A DNA stretch of 64,000 nucleotides, taken from an uncultured Candidatus Saccharibacteria bacterium. GTDB taxonomy: Bacteria; Patescibacteriota; Minisyncoccia; Phycocordibacterales; UBA6899. Every line of letters begins with the position of its first letter. The stretch's first letter is position 1. The translations under genes were made by a program, and so were the position numbers. Below, piece after piece: positions 36,405 to 46,835 of the stretch. The notes beneath the pieces are model-generated. The model worked only from the letters and a program-made list of their open reading frames with translations. It did not search any database and was not told the origin of the DNA. Location: contig CAZERF010000001.1 in the NCBI GenBank assembly GCA_964515375.1, positions 45,777-109,776 of the forward strand, read 5' to 3'.

Positions 36405-37634
36405 TCAAGGGAGGAGTTGACGCAAGAGGTTTGAGACAGTCTCTTTGATTCGCGACCACACCCCTTGACCCTGTGGTCGGGAGGAACGGTCGTTGGTGAC
36501 ACCCCAGATCGCGAGACCATATGCGACGAACCACGAGGTGTCGTTGAATTGTTTCTTCGTGCGTGCGGGAGTGTTTGGTGCCGGGATATCGAGGTTGATG
36601 GCAGGAATCTTGGAAGGGAGTTTCATTGCGGCTCGCGCGAAGTCTTCGATCGTCTCGATCCCAGACCCCCCTCCGGTGAGTACGATCCCGGCGGGAAGGA
36701 GCTCGTGTTTGCCGATTTTCTTGAGGTGGGCGATCACCAAACTGAACATGTCTTCGAGTCGGGCAAGCATGATGTCGTTTAATTTCTTTCGCGGGTACTG
36801 CTGGCCTCCTTTTCCGAGCTTGATGCTCTCGGCCTCTTCGAGCGGGATCTTGAGTCGCAGCGCGATGTCGTTGGTGATGTCGGTTGAGCCGATCGGAAAG
36901 ACTTCGAGCGAGATCGGGATGTTGTCTTCGTAGACGACGATCGAAACGGTCTCCGCGCCGATATTGGCGAGCACACATCCCGCCATCCGCTGTGCCTTGG
37001 TGAGCGCGACAAAGGATGCCGCGATCGGAGATGCACACGCGTCGATCACTTCGACCCCGGCTTCTTCAAGGGCACGAATGAGGTCGTTTAAGTGTTGATC
37101 GAGACAGGTGACGACGAGGCATTTTGTTTCGAGTTTGAGCCCCTTCATTCCCGACGGGCGTCCGTATATCTCGCGGTTGTCGATCTTGTATGAGATGGGA
37201 ATGGTGTGCAGAATACGTTTGTTCGCGGGGAAGGTTAGGTTTCCTTCGCATGCGCGATGCGCGCGCTCCACGTCACTCTCGGTGATCTCTCCGTCCGCGC
37301 GCGAGATGATCGCCGCGCCTTCTGTTTGAGTACCTTCAAGTCCTACACCTCCGACAGAAAGAAATGCTTCGCGGATCTTTGTTCCGGAGGCGCGTTCCGC
37401 TTCGTCGACGGCAATGCGCACACTTTTGACCGCATCGTTGATGTTGATGATATAGCCGTGACGCAATCCTCGCGATTCGGCTCGTCCGATTCCGATGATG
37501 TTGGGGAGCCCTGTTCCGGGTGTGTATTCCGTGATCACCACCCTGATGGAGTGTGAGCCGATGTCGATGCCTGTAATGATGCGTTTTGACATATAAGGAA
37601 AGATGCGCATCGATGCGCTTTCGTCGACGAGCAA
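36405..37634 (-). CDS. ftsA: Cell division protein FtsA
   Basis: ITGIDIGSHSIRVV N-terminus with an actin-like fold pattern. It lies immediately upstream of ftsZ. Confidence 0.9.
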   Translation of the reverse strand: MLVDESASMRIFPYMSKRIITGIDIGSHSIRVVITEYTPGTGLPNIIGIGRAESRGLRHGYIININDAVKSVRIAVDEAERASGTKIREAFLSVGGVGLEGTQTEGAAIISRADGEITESDVERAHRACEGNLTFPANKRILHTIPISYKIDNREIYGRPSGMKGLKLETKCLVVTCLDQHLNDLIRALEEAGVEVIDACASPIAASFVALTKAQRMAGCVLANIGAETVSIVVYEDNIPISLEVFPIGSTDITNDIALRLKIPLEEAESIKLGKGGQQYPRKKLNDIMLARLEDMFSLVIAHLKKIGKHELLPAGIVLTGGGSGIETIEDFARAAMKLPSKIPAINLDIPAPNTPARTKKQFNDTSWFVAYGLAIWGVTNDRSSRPQGQGVWSRIKETVSNLLRQLLP

Positions 37635-37648
37635 CGGTCGGTGTCCGT

Positions 37649-38071
37649 TCAGCTCGTTTTTCCGTTCAGCTCGTTTGTGATACCGAACCGGGAAAGCACT
37701 CTTCGCTCTTGTGCTTCCATTGTACTCCCGTGTGTCATTCCTTTCAAATGGAGCATTCCGTGGACAACGAGCAGTGCGACAAAGTATTCGAAGGATTCCC
37801 CCCGAGCTTTGTGTTCGCGGCGGGCCTGGCGGAGGTTAAGAAAGATCTCCCCATGCTCGTTGTCGAGCGGGAAGGAGAGGACGTTTGGGGTATAGGTTTT
37901 TCCGCGGTAGGTTTTGTTGAGTGTTTGAGTGCGCTTGTCTCCAGCGAGAACAATAGAAAGTTCATACTTCTTGCCAAGCACCGCCTCTTTCATGCGCAAA
38001 AAAGGGAGAGTAGGAACTCTCTCTTTTGTTGTTGCTGTTATTGAGAAATTGTGTTCAGCGGCGGCCATCAC
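37649..38071 (-). CDS. ybeY: rRNA maturation endoribonuclease YbeY
   Basis: HGMLHLKGMTH is the zinc-binding H3 motif. Length is 140 aa. Confidence 0.85.
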   Translation of the reverse strand: MMAAAEHNFSITATTKERVPTLPFLRMKEAVLGKKYELSIVLAGDKRTQTLNKTYRGKTYTPNVLSFPLDNEHGEIFLNLRQARREHKARGESFEYFVALLVVHGMLHLKGMTHGSTMEAQERRVLSRFGITNELNGKTS

Positions 38072-38309
38072 TTCCGTGGGTCTTCTCGGGAATCTTGCCG
38101 AGTTTCTTCATACGCTCATAGTGCGCGCGTTTCTCGAGGGAGACGAGGGCACGGCGCTTCATCTTGAGCTTAGAAAGCGCACGGGTGTGGTAGCGGTCCT
38201 CGCGCACGCGGCTCAATGCCTGGGTGCTTTGGACACGCTTGGTAAAACGACGAATGAGCGCCGCAGCGGATTCGTTTCCTTGTTTCTTGACTTCAGCGAT
38301 GATTTTCAT
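38055..38309 (-). CDS. rpsU: 30S ribosomal protein S21
   Basis: MKIIAEVKKQGNESAAALIRRFTKRVQ...REDRYHTRALSKLKMKRRALVSLEKRAHYERMKKLG matches the S21 pattern. An internal ATG was chosen. The track ORF begins 26 codons upstream. Confidence 0.75.
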   Translation of the reverse strand: MKIIAEVKKQGNESAAALIRRFTKRVQSTQALSRVREDRYHTRALSKLKMKRRALVSLEKRAHYERMKKLGKIPEKTHGSDGRR

Positions 38310-38359
38310 AGGTGGAGCTATCCTAGCATGGGTGATAAAAATAGGCAATATGTGGTCTC

Positions 38360-39688
38360 CTACTTCATCTGTTTGAGATAATCGCACAGTTTTTCGATCT
38401 TGACCGTCTCTTGTGAACGTGTGGTCATGTTGCGCACAATAACGGTACCGTCGATCGCTTCTTTTTGTCCGTAGATGATCGCGTGAGGGATCTGAAGCTT
38501 TTCCGCAATGGCAAGTTGCGCGGAGAGTGAGTCTTTGTTGAGTGAGTGCGTGACCGGGATGCGTGCACTACGGAGGATCTCAATGATCTCAAGTGCGCGC
38601 AATTTTGCTTCAAATCCGAACTGAATGAAGTAGACTTTGGGTTTCTTTACGATACGCGGTGAAACGGCTTTGTAGTTCGGAGAAAGAAGAATGCGATCGA
38701 CTCCGAGCCCTGCGCCGACAGCGGGAACATCTTTCTTTGAGCCGAGTCGTTTGGCAAGGTAGTCGTAACGCCCTCCTCCTGCAAGGGAAAGCGGCGCCGG
38801 AGGTGTCGCATCTTCCTCACCTTCTTTTGGCTTGTCGTCGGGGACCTCGCTGATCTCAAAGACGGTGTGGGTATAATAGTCGAGCCCGCGTACGAGGTTG
38901 GTGTTGATACGATAGGTGAGTCCCAGCGCGTCGAGGTACTCCAAGACTTCCTTGAAGTGCTGTTTTGCGGCCGGAGTGAGATGTGCGATGGACTGCGGTG
39001 CTTTCTCTTTGAATGGTTGGCACTCCGCCTTTTTGCAGTCGAGAAGACGCAACGGATTGGTCTTGATGCGTTGTTTGCAGTCCGCACACATGTGGTTGAT
39101 GTGTTTGCGGTAGTAAGAGGTGAGCTCGCGGATGTAGGGCGCTCGAGATTCTTTGTCTCCGATCGAGTTGATCTCGATCATGATGTTCTCGATACCGACC
39201 TCGCGGAGGATCATTGCGGTCAAATAGATGATAGTCGCGTCACCAACGGACTTGGGTGAGCCGATCATCTCCATTCCGAAGGATTTGAACTCACGATAGC
39301 GTCCGCGTTGAGGGTTTTCATGACGGAAGAAGGAGCCGTAATAGTAGAGTTTGACCGGCTGAGGGAGCGCTTGCATGCCGTGTTCGAGGTATGCGCGCAT
39401 GACTGGAGCGGTTCCTTCGGGGCGTAGCGCTAATTTTTCTCCGCTCTTTGTCTTGAGGGTGTACATTTCCTTTCCCACAATGTCTGTATCTTCGCTTTGT
39501 GTGGAAAGGAAGACCTCTTCACGTTCGAGTACTGGGACCTCGATGGGCTGAAATCCATAGTAGAGCGCGACCTCCGCGGCCTTTTCGAAGAATCCCTGAT
39601 ACTTGTGATGTTCGTCGCCGATGAAGTCCCGCATGCCCTTGAGCGCGGTGGGGATCTCTTTCTTCTCTTTATTCTCTTGTTTTGCCAT
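38360..39688 (-). CDS. hisS: Histidyl-tRNA synthetase
   Basis: GMRDFIGDE is the class II motif 1 context. A HisRS-specific region and a C-terminal anticodon-binding domain are present. Confidence 0.95.
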   Translation of the reverse strand: MAKQENKEKKEIPTALKGMRDFIGDEHHKYQGFFEKAAEVALYYGFQPIEVPVLEREEVFLSTQSEDTDIVGKEMYTLKTKSGEKLALRPEGTAPVMRAYLEHGMQALPQPVKLYYYGSFFRHENPQRGRYREFKSFGMEMIGSPKSVGDATIIYLTAMILREVGIENIMIEINSIGDKESRAPYIRELTSYYRKHINHMCADCKQRIKTNPLRLLDCKKAECQPFKEKAPQSIAHLTPAAKQHFKEVLEYLDALGLTYRINTNLVRGLDYYTHTVFEISEVPDDKPKEGEEDATPPAPLSLAGGGRYDYLAKRLGSKKDVPAVGAGLGVDRILLSPNYKAVSPRIVKKPKVYFIQFGFEAKLRALEIIEILRSARIPVTHSLNKDSLSAQLAIAEKLQIPHAIIYGQKEAIDGTVIVRNMTTRSQETVKIEKLCDYLKQMK

Positions 39689-39741
39689 ACGTAACTATCG
39701 GTGATGAATATTTTATAAATAATGCGAGAATGACCGTGTGA

Positions 39742-40401
39742 TCATTGATAGGTGACCCCGAAGCTTTCAACGGAACCGGGATGGAGCGCGACCGAGGAAA
39801 TGGGGAAGAGACGCAAGAGTGCTTCGCCGTTCATGAGTCTTGTGGGGACGGGGCCCCAGATACGTGAATCGGAGCTTTGCGCGCGATTGTCTCCCATCAC
39901 AAAGAACTCATCATTGTCGAGCGTGCGGGAGAGGTTGTCGTTCTTGCGATTTTGCACATATGGTTCTTCGAGGACAAGCGGGGTGGTTCGTGTTGCGCTA
40001 GTGATCGAAACGACACCGTTTCTGATCGTGACCGTTTCGCCGGGGAGTCCGATCACGCGTTTGATGAAATATTTTGACGGGTCGTTTGGATAGCGAATGA
40101 TCACGACATCTCCGCGATGGTATTCGCCAAAGTATTTAATGGTCTCGTTGACGATGAGGTACTCCCCGTTGTGGTAGGTGGGGTACATAGAGTTCCCCGA
40201 CACAATGAAGGGTTGCGCAATGAAGATGCGGACCGGCACGATGATCACAAGGGCGACGAGCGCGTATTTGATCGTTTCCCATACGACTTCGAGCCATGAT
40301 GATTCTCCTGCCGGGTCATTTTCGTTGTGGTGCCCGCTCCCGGTCTTGGAAGGCAGCGAAGTGTCGCGGAGATTCTCAGTCTCGTTATTGTGCGCGTTCA
40401 T
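39742..40401 (-). CDS. lepB: Signal peptidase I
   Basis: There is an N-terminal TM helix. GNSMYPT is the Ser box. GDNR and the other conserved boxes are present. Confidence 0.9.
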   Translation of the reverse strand: MNAHNNETENLRDTSLPSKTGSGHHNENDPAGESSWLEVVWETIKYALVALVIIVPVRIFIAQPFIVSGNSMYPTYHNGEYLIVNETIKYFGEYHRGDVVIIRYPNDPSKYFIKRVIGLPGETVTIRNGVVSITSATRTTPLVLEEPYVQNRKNDNLSRTLDNDEFFVMGDNRAQSSDSRIWGPVPTRLMNGEALLRLFPISSVALHPGSVESFGVTYQ

Positions 40402-40473
40402 ATTTGCGCTCCATCATACGCCAAAAAATCGTTTGACACAATAGAATATTTCATGATCAAGAATTGTCGTACG

Positions 40474-41994
40474 CTAGATTCCGTAGATGGTTGGAAGCAT
40501 GGAAAGTGAAGTTGCAATAATGAAGATGATCGAAAGGATGAAGAGGACACGAGGAAGGAGGCGGTCCTTAGTGAGTAGGGTCAAGCAGCGCAACAGTCGT
40601 GGCGCGGCGTAGGGTAAAAGGAGGAAGAGAAAAAGTAGCGCTGTAAAGTAGTGATAGAGGAACATTGAACGATCAATGAGGAAGAAGGGAACATAGTTGG
40701 CGAGGTATCCAACAATGAGAAGTGTTTCATTGCGTCCGATAGGCCACTTTTTTTGTATCATCACGACCGCCCCGATCCAGAGGATGTTGAAGATGAAACA
40801 TAGGAGCGCAATGTTCCAGAGAAATGCGTTTCCGCGAAAGATGATCTGCGCGGGGCGATCGTCGGGAAGCCATGTGAACAATTGCGCCTTTGCAATCGAC
40901 CATGAGAGTGGGTGTGGGGCCTTCGGAAGGAATGCTGACGCGTTGGGGTCCGTATTTGCTTCCCATATCGCACGATGGAGGTCACCCACAAAGAGGATCT
41001 TCTCGTACACTCCCGCATCTCTCGGGAGTGAAAGCGACTCAACGTACGAGAAACGATACGTATCAAGTACGGGGTCGACGGGTCCTCCTTTGGGGAAATA
41101 ATCAAGGAAGTAAAAGAATGACAAAAAGTAAATGAATATCGTTATGACCCCGATCGCGACCGCTTCGCCGATCTTGCGCTCCGAAAGGAAAAAGAGTCCG
41201 ATCACGCCAAGCATGCCGAGCGCGACCCATTTGACACTCACTGCTGCGCCGATCAGAATACCTGCCAATATGACCAGGAGGTAACGCACGGTCTTCTTTT
41301 TTTCTCGCAAGGCGAGGACGGCGACGAGAAGGGCGGAAAATTCAAGGAGAATCATGAGCGAATCCGGAAGGATCGTTCGTGAGTAGACAATGAGCGCCGG
41401 TTCGAGTGCGACAAAAAATCCGATGAGTCCCGCGACCATGCGTGACGAGCCGAGTGCGCGCGCGAGCGCGAAGAGTACGAGAGGGATGAGAATACCGAGT
41501 ATCGCCGTTCCTGTACGTAATGGGACGTAGGGGAAGTCTAGGAATGTTTTTGTTTCCGCGACTGTGCGCGTGAATGCGAGCGTGTATGGGGATAGGTCTT
41601 GTGTAAGGAATATCTCGGTCATCATGATCCGAGCAAGTGGCGGATGAATGTCGAAATAGACATTCCCCCCCGCGGAGAGCAGAGTGAACGCGGAATAGAT
41701 CCGCTCGTCAAAGATCGGTTCGTTGGGATGGTCCAGTGCGGGGAAACGGAGAAGTATGCTGACGAGAAGCAGTGCAAGGATCAGGAGTAGGTCTTTCTTT
41801 CTCTCGGAAAAAGGGGGGGAATGTTGCAGGGTGTGACGGGCGAAATGCTTACCGGTGCTTAGGCTGTGCCGTATTCTCGCAAGTATACGATCTGAGAACT
41901 TCTTCTTGTGTGTGGTCATGTAAAGAGATTTGCTATAATGGAGCGTGCCTGTATTTGCGTTCATCATAACAAACCTGGACGATCTTGGCATCAT
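40474..41994 (-). CDS. GT-C fold glycosyltransferase, family 39-like (protein O-mannosyltransferase/ArnT-like)
   Basis: The 506-aa polytopic ORF has a DERIY (DE motif) in the first periplasmic loop and HPPL shortly after, the hallmark pair of PMT/GT39-type enzymes. Confidence 0.65.
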   Translation of the reverse strand: MMPRSSRFVMMNANTGTLHYSKSLYMTTHKKKFSDRILARIRHSLSTGKHFARHTLQHSPPFSERKKDLLLILALLLVSILLRFPALDHPNEPIFDERIYSAFTLLSAGGNVYFDIHPPLARIMMTEIFLTQDLSPYTLAFTRTVAETKTFLDFPYVPLRTGTAILGILIPLVLFALARALGSSRMVAGLIGFFVALEPALIVYSRTILPDSLMILLEFSALLVAVLALREKKKTVRYLLVILAGILIGAAVSVKWVALGMLGVIGLFFLSERKIGEAVAIGVITIFIYFLSFFYFLDYFPKGGPVDPVLDTYRFSYVESLSLPRDAGVYEKILFVGDLHRAIWEANTDPNASAFLPKAPHPLSWSIAKAQLFTWLPDDRPAQIIFRGNAFLWNIALLCFIFNILWIGAVVMIQKKWPIGRNETLLIVGYLANYVPFFLIDRSMFLYHYFTALLFLFLLLPYAAPRLLRCLTLLTKDRLLPRVLFILSIIFIIATSLSMLPTIYGI

Positions 41995-42000
41995 TCACTC

Positions 42001-43386
42001 ATGAAGTTTTCTCTCATTATTCCTATACACAACGAAGTTGCGGTGATCGGACGTACGATCGGTTCATTGCGGGACGTGTTTGACGAATATGTTCCCGAAG
42101 GAGACTCGTGGGAGATCATCGTTGTTGATAATGCGTCGACCGACGGTTCTGTTGAGGTGATACGCGAATACTCCGACCCACGCGTGCGTATCGTGGAACT
42201 TTCTGAAAAGGGGAAAGGACGTGCGGTGCGTGCGGGTTTTTATGCTGCAACGGGTGACGTGATCGGTTTCACCGATGCTGATCTTTCTGTTTCCCCGGAG
42301 ACACTTCTTGCTGCGTTCTTTGCGTGTGCAACGGAGGTCCCTGTTGTCGTCGGCTCGCGTGCTCATCCGGCGAGTGCTCTCCCTGAACGCGAGTGGTGGC
42401 GGACAACCAGCTCTCGCGTCTTCAATCTCATGACACGCGCAATCGTTGGTGTGCGTGTTTCTGATACGCAGTGTCCGCTCAAGGTTCTTCGGCGAGAACA
42501 TCTTCCGTTCATTCTTCTTTCCGTTGATCAGACTTGGTATTTTGATATTGAATTCTTTGCCTTACTCGAGCGTTCCAGTGTCCCCTTTGCGGAAATTCCT
42601 GTTCAGTGGGAGGAACATCGGTATCCCGAACGCAAGAGTAAGTTGAGTACAGTGCGCGACGGTGCTCGGTCGATACCGGCGATGATGCGTATTCGACGGA
42701 GACTCCGGGGACAGCTGGCGGAACTTGCAAAAACACACCATAATGATGCTCATATGCAATGGATCATTGTTGGGTTGGGAAATCCGGGAGGAGAATACGC
42801 GCGCACTCGTCACAATGCGGGGCGGATCGTTCTTGAAGCACTGCGACAACGAATGGGGTGGGGTCCGTGGGAATATCGAAAGACTCATGACGCGCTCATC
42901 GCGCACGGGGACCTTGCGGGACACTCGATACTTTTGGTTGAACCCGAGACGTACATGAACGCATCAGGGAAAAGTTTGGTTTCGCTCGTGAAGGATCCCG
43001 ACCATGCGACACGGCTTGTCGTTATTCATGACGATGTGGATCTTCCGTTGGGGGAATGGCGATTTGCGTATGAACGAGGATCGGGAGGGCAGAAAGGCAT
43101 TGAGTCGATCATGTCCACATTGCGCACTCGCGCATTCGTTCGTGTGCGTATCGGTGTTGCGCCGACATTGGAAGAGGGAAAAAAACGGAAGAAGGCGGGG
43201 GATATGGTCTTGGAGAAGTTTCGTGAAGAAGAGCTGGCGCGCATCGAGCATATCGGTAAGGGGGATCAGCTTTCCGAAGCCCTCACATCGCTTGTTGTTG
43301 ACGGGCTCGAACTCTCCCGAAGCAAATGGAAGAAGTGGAAAGACAACCCTTCCGCTCATGAGGGGAAGGGGCTCAATCTTCTTTGA
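42001..43386 (+). CDS. pth: In-frame fusion: GT2 polyprenyl-phosphate sugar synthase (DPM1/GtrB-like) + peptidyl-tRNA hydrolase
   Basis: The N-terminal ~250 aa has IPIHNE, VVDNASTDGS and FTDADLS (DxD), a GT2 DPM1-like domain. The C-terminal ~190 aa has MQWIIVGLGNPGGEYARTRHNAG...VIHDDVDLPLG, the Pth signature. There is no stop between them. The start was taken at ATG 42001 (MKFSLIIP). The track begins at 41908. Confidence 0.8.
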   Translation: MKFSLIIPIHNEVAVIGRTIGSLRDVFDEYVPEGDSWEIIVVDNASTDGSVEVIREYSDPRVRIVELSEKGKGRAVRAGFYAATGDVIGFTDADLSVSPETLLAAFFACATEVPVVVGSRAHPASALPEREWWRTTSSRVFNLMTRAIVGVRVSDTQCPLKVLRREHLPFILLSVDQTWYFDIEFFALLERSSVPFAEIPVQWEEHRYPERKSKLSTVRDGARSIPAMMRIRRRLRGQLAELAKTHHNDAHMQWIIVGLGNPGGEYARTRHNAGRIVLEALRQRMGWGPWEYRKTHDALIAHGDLAGHSILLVEPETYMNASGKSLVSLVKDPDHATRLVVIHDDVDLPLGEWRFAYERGSGGQKGIESIMSTLRTRAFVRVRIGVAPTLEEGKKRKKAGDMVLEKFREEELARIEHIGKGDQLSEALTSLVVDGLELSRSKWKKWKDNPSAHEGKGLNLL

Positions 43387-45343
43387 CCCGACTACCTTCT
43401 TCAAGTTTGTAGATGAATATCGTCGTTCCTACCCGATAGTCGGGCAGAGGTACCCCTCCTGTTGTATTTTCTTTTGGTCGCAACGAGAGGAGCCATGCGT
43501 AGGAGTCATGTGTGCGGTGTTTGTAGAGATGACTATACATTGGATCGGCATGAGCGAGTGCGTATTCCAGTGAAAATATCGAACTCGCAAACCACTTGAT
43601 CCCGAAATCGCGAGGATCTCCCATCAAAGAATTCCATCGGATCACTTGCCCTGGGAGAAAATACTCGGGGTTGCCTGAGCCAAAATAATCCATCGCGATC
43701 TTCTCGCCATCCAAATGCTCATTCGCCCAGTCCCTGAATCTCAAAACGTCTTGACCCCAATCGTAGTTCGAGTCGCTCATATAACGGTATCCGCCAAAGA
43801 CTCCACCACCTAGTTGGTTTGTATATGAAAGGAAATATGGAGCACTCAATATCGTTTCGCTTATGTGCCATATGATCATGACGACGATCAGTGCGTTTTT
43901 TACGTCGATACGCCTTTCGTTCACGCTCCATTTTCGTAGTGCGGCCGTGATGAGGATGTAAAGGGGTGGAATAATGGGAAGCAAATGCCGCACCCCGAGC
44001 TGAAGCGGACTTCGCAAGGTTATTATTATGTATAGGTATACAAACAACCCAAGCGCATAAAGGAGGAAATGGTTCTGCAGTGAATCTGATACTCGTTGCG
44101 CAAAATTCTTTTCTTGCGCCGATCGGACGAACACACCGAGGGAAACAAAAGCGGCGAGCATGAGGAAAAGGAGTGCCGGGATGCTTTCCTTCAGTGAAAA
44201 GACAACAGGGAAATAGAGTGCGATCCTGTCGTTCGTTAGTTCTCCAAAGAAATATTTCGGATTTCCCGACCTTATTCGCTCTTGTACTTCTTGGATACCA
44301 AGTGCGTATTGCGCAAAAGGCCGGAGTGCATCGTTCCCTGCGGCAATGATCGTTGCCTCCGCGACACATCGCAGTGGAACGCAGTTTTCTCCTGATTTTG
44401 TTGGTCCTCCTCGAACGTTTTGGAGCGATAGTTCCGTATCAGAAACTTGTTTTTCGATCGGATAGTTTCGGGTGAATAAAAAATAGAGTGGGTAGATCAC
44501 AAGTGCGTACCCAATGAGAAATACGCATACGGTTGTTGTCAGGCTTTTCGAAAAGAACGCGAGAGCGGATCGGTATTCCTTTCTTGTGGAAGGACTTGCG
44601 ATGACTGCCCATGCGCCGGCAAGCACTAAAAAGAAAGGAATCAAAAGTATTGACGAGAACTTGATTGCCTGAGCAAGACCAAACGCAAGTCCCGCAATGA
44701 TGAGTCTTTTTTGTGAGGGTTCTTGTAATGCCTTCACGAAGAGGGTGATCGCAAGTAGTACCCCGAATGCACCCGGAAGGTCGGTGGCCACATAGTGTCC
44801 GTGCGCGAGCACGGTAGGAGAGAGGGCAAAGAGTGTTGTGGGGAAAAGCGCCCACGTCGACCCAAAGAGACGTCGTGCGACAAAGAAGATAAGGAGAGTA
44901 ACGAGGAGTGTAATGAGGATGGGGATAAGTCGCGCCAAAAACAATAGCTGATGCGGATCATTCCCGGACTCGTAGAGGAATATCCGACCTATTTCCCATT
45001 GTTTTTCTTCTCCATTTTCCCATTCCGGTGCGTCGGAGGGGAAGAAGGGGTCGATGAAGACAAGGGGGAGTGCGGAAAGTGCCTTGATGAGTGGGGGATG
45101 TTCGGGATTGAGTCTACTGTCGCGCTCGTGGATATATCCATATCCTGCGGCAATATGAGGCGGTTCATCTGAGGTTGCGGAGTCGGTCCATGCCGCAAAG
45201 AGCATGAGTGATGTCGAGACAAGAATGACTACACCTAATGCTATCGGCGCAAAAGCGGCATGTGCCCCGACGTGAAATAAGTTTTTAATATGACTCCGCA
45301 TGAACTTTAGGTATCGATCACTCTTTCGGTAATTGCTCCCCAT
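43373..45343 (-). CDS. GT-C fold glycosyltransferase, family 39/83-like (second paralog)
   Basis: The 656-aa polytopic ORF has DEPPH...Y and HPPL motifs near the N-terminus, as in PMT/ArnT enzymes. Confidence 0.6.
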   Translation of the reverse strand: MGSNYRKSDRYLKFMRSHIKNLFHVGAHAAFAPIALGVVILVSTSLMLFAAWTDSATSDEPPHIAAGYGYIHERDSRLNPEHPPLIKALSALPLVFIDPFFPSDAPEWENGEEKQWEIGRIFLYESGNDPHQLLFLARLIPILITLLVTLLIFFVARRLFGSTWALFPTTLFALSPTVLAHGHYVATDLPGAFGVLLAITLFVKALQEPSQKRLIIAGLAFGLAQAIKFSSILLIPFFLVLAGAWAVIASPSTRKEYRSALAFFSKSLTTTVCVFLIGYALVIYPLYFLFTRNYPIEKQVSDTELSLQNVRGGPTKSGENCVPLRCVAEATIIAAGNDALRPFAQYALGIQEVQERIRSGNPKYFFGELTNDRIALYFPVVFSLKESIPALLFLMLAAFVSLGVFVRSAQEKNFAQRVSDSLQNHFLLYALGLFVYLYIIITLRSPLQLGVRHLLPIIPPLYILITAALRKWSVNERRIDVKNALIVVMIIWHISETILSAPYFLSYTNQLGGGVFGGYRYMSDSNYDWGQDVLRFRDWANEHLDGEKIAMDYFGSGNPEYFLPGQVIRWNSLMGDPRDFGIKWFASSIFSLEYALAHADPMYSHLYKHRTHDSYAWLLSLRPKENTTGGVPLPDYRVGTTIFIYKLEEGSRVKED

Positions 45344-45478
45344 GATACATCATTTTGTGTCGCTCAGTCGAATAGAACTTTTGCGCGCTCTTTTGTGTTG
45401 ATCAAAAAATACGAGATACAAAAAGCGACCATCGTGGCCGCTTTTTGTGTGTTGCTCTTGAATACTCTTGAACAGAGG

Positions 45479-46600
45479 TTACGCTTTCTTTTCTCCCGAG
45501 AATGACAGTGTCATGCGCTGATCCTTGGGCTCAAAGAGTGTGATCGTGAACGGATAGGTTTTTCCGAGCTCAAGTGTTGAGCGAAGTTTTTCCTCACTTC
45601 CGAACTCCGAGACGTGAACAAGTCCCGCGACACCCTCTTCGATCGAAGCGAGGGCCCCGTACTTGTTGAACTTGATGATGACCCCACGGATCACGTCGCC
45701 CTTCTTGTACTTCTTCTCGGCACCCTTCCATGGGTTCTCCTTGAGCACTTTGACCGAGAGAGAGACCTTGTTGTCCTTGATCTCAATGATCTGGGCCTTG
45801 AGCTTCTCTCCGACCTTGAAGAGTTTGCGCGGATCTTCGACGAGTCCCCAGTCCATCTCGGAGATGTGAATGAGTCCTTCGAGTCCGTCTTCGATCTTCA
45901 TGAAGGCGCCAAAGTCGACGATACCAGTGATCTCTCCTTCGACGATGTTGCCCAAGCGATATTTTGAAACGATCTCCTCCTTCTCTTTTTGGTTGTGTTC
46001 CTTTTCCGAGAAGATGAGCTTGCCCTCCTTGGGGACGGCGGTGATCATGATGACGGAAAGTTTCTCGCCGGCAAGCTTCTTCAGCTCGTCGAGGATCTTG
46101 TCCTTATCACCATCTTCCACGCGCGGGTAGTGCTCTCCCGAGAGTTGAGATGCCGGAAGGAAACCGGAGATTCCTTGCCACTCGAGAATAAGTCCGCCCT
46201 TGTTCGCATCCTTGACGGGGAGATCGAGAACGGTCTTCTTGCGCACGAGCTCCTCGGCTTCCGCCCAGATGAGTGATTGACGCGCCTCCTTGAGCGAGAG
46301 TTCGATATATCCGTCCTCATTCTCACTCTCGACGACCTTCGCGGTGATCACGTCACCGATATTCATGTGCTTGATAAGGTCGCGTGCGTTCATGTACTCA
46401 CGCCCGTAGATGATGCCGACTCCGAACGGAGGAACATCGACAAAGACCGCGCGTTTGTCTACGCGAATCACGGGAGCCTCGACGATCGAACCCGGTTCCG
46501 GGCGCGTGCCGATCTCGGTCATAAATTTGGCCATCGCGTTGTCGGGCGAGAGAATATTCTCCGCTCCTTCCACGATAACCTCTTCTGTCGTTGTGGTCAT
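45479..46600 (-). CDS. rpsA: Ribosomal protein S1-like protein with four S1 domains
   Basis: Repeated S1 OB-fold modules are present (GSIVEAPV..., GDVITAKVV..., GEKLSVIM..., GNIVEGEI...). The start was chosen at the internal ATG (MTTTTEE). The track ORF extends 60 codons further upstream to 46780. Confidence 0.75.
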   Translation of the reverse strand: MTTTTEEVIVEGAENILSPDNAMAKFMTEIGTRPEPGSIVEAPVIRVDKRAVFVDVPPFGVGIIYGREYMNARDLIKHMNIGDVITAKVVESENEDGYIELSLKEARQSLIWAEAEELVRKKTVLDLPVKDANKGGLILEWQGISGFLPASQLSGEHYPRVEDGDKDKILDELKKLAGEKLSVIMITAVPKEGKLIFSEKEHNQKEKEEIVSKYRLGNIVEGEITGIVDFGAFMKIEDGLEGLIHISEMDWGLVEDPRKLFKVGEKLKAQIIEIKDNKVSLSVKVLKENPWKGAEKKYKKGDVIRGVIIKFNKYGALASIEEGVAGLVHVSEFGSEEKLRSTLELGKTYPFTITLFEPKDQRMTLSFSGEKKA

Positions 46601-46835
46601 ACAAATAAAAACTGCCTCACGAGGCAGAATGACTTCCACCCCTAGGGGTCGGTCACGGGTTTTCGCATTGCTACTGCATGCAAACGCCTTGTGTGATCGG
46701 TTTAGCCCTAATAGGAACGAATAAAGAAGTTGTAGATGCAATCTAACAGAACGAAGGCGTTTCGGCAATGTGCGCCACATTTACCGTACGGGCGGCTCCC
46801 CGTGTGTCTAAAAAAGTATTGTAAAATATAGTTTT

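Noticed and set aside
41908-42000. Upstream extension of the GT2::Pth gene to 41908
   Set aside because: It would overlap the divergent GT39 gene start region. MKFSLIIPIHNE at 42001 matches the typical GT2 N-terminus.
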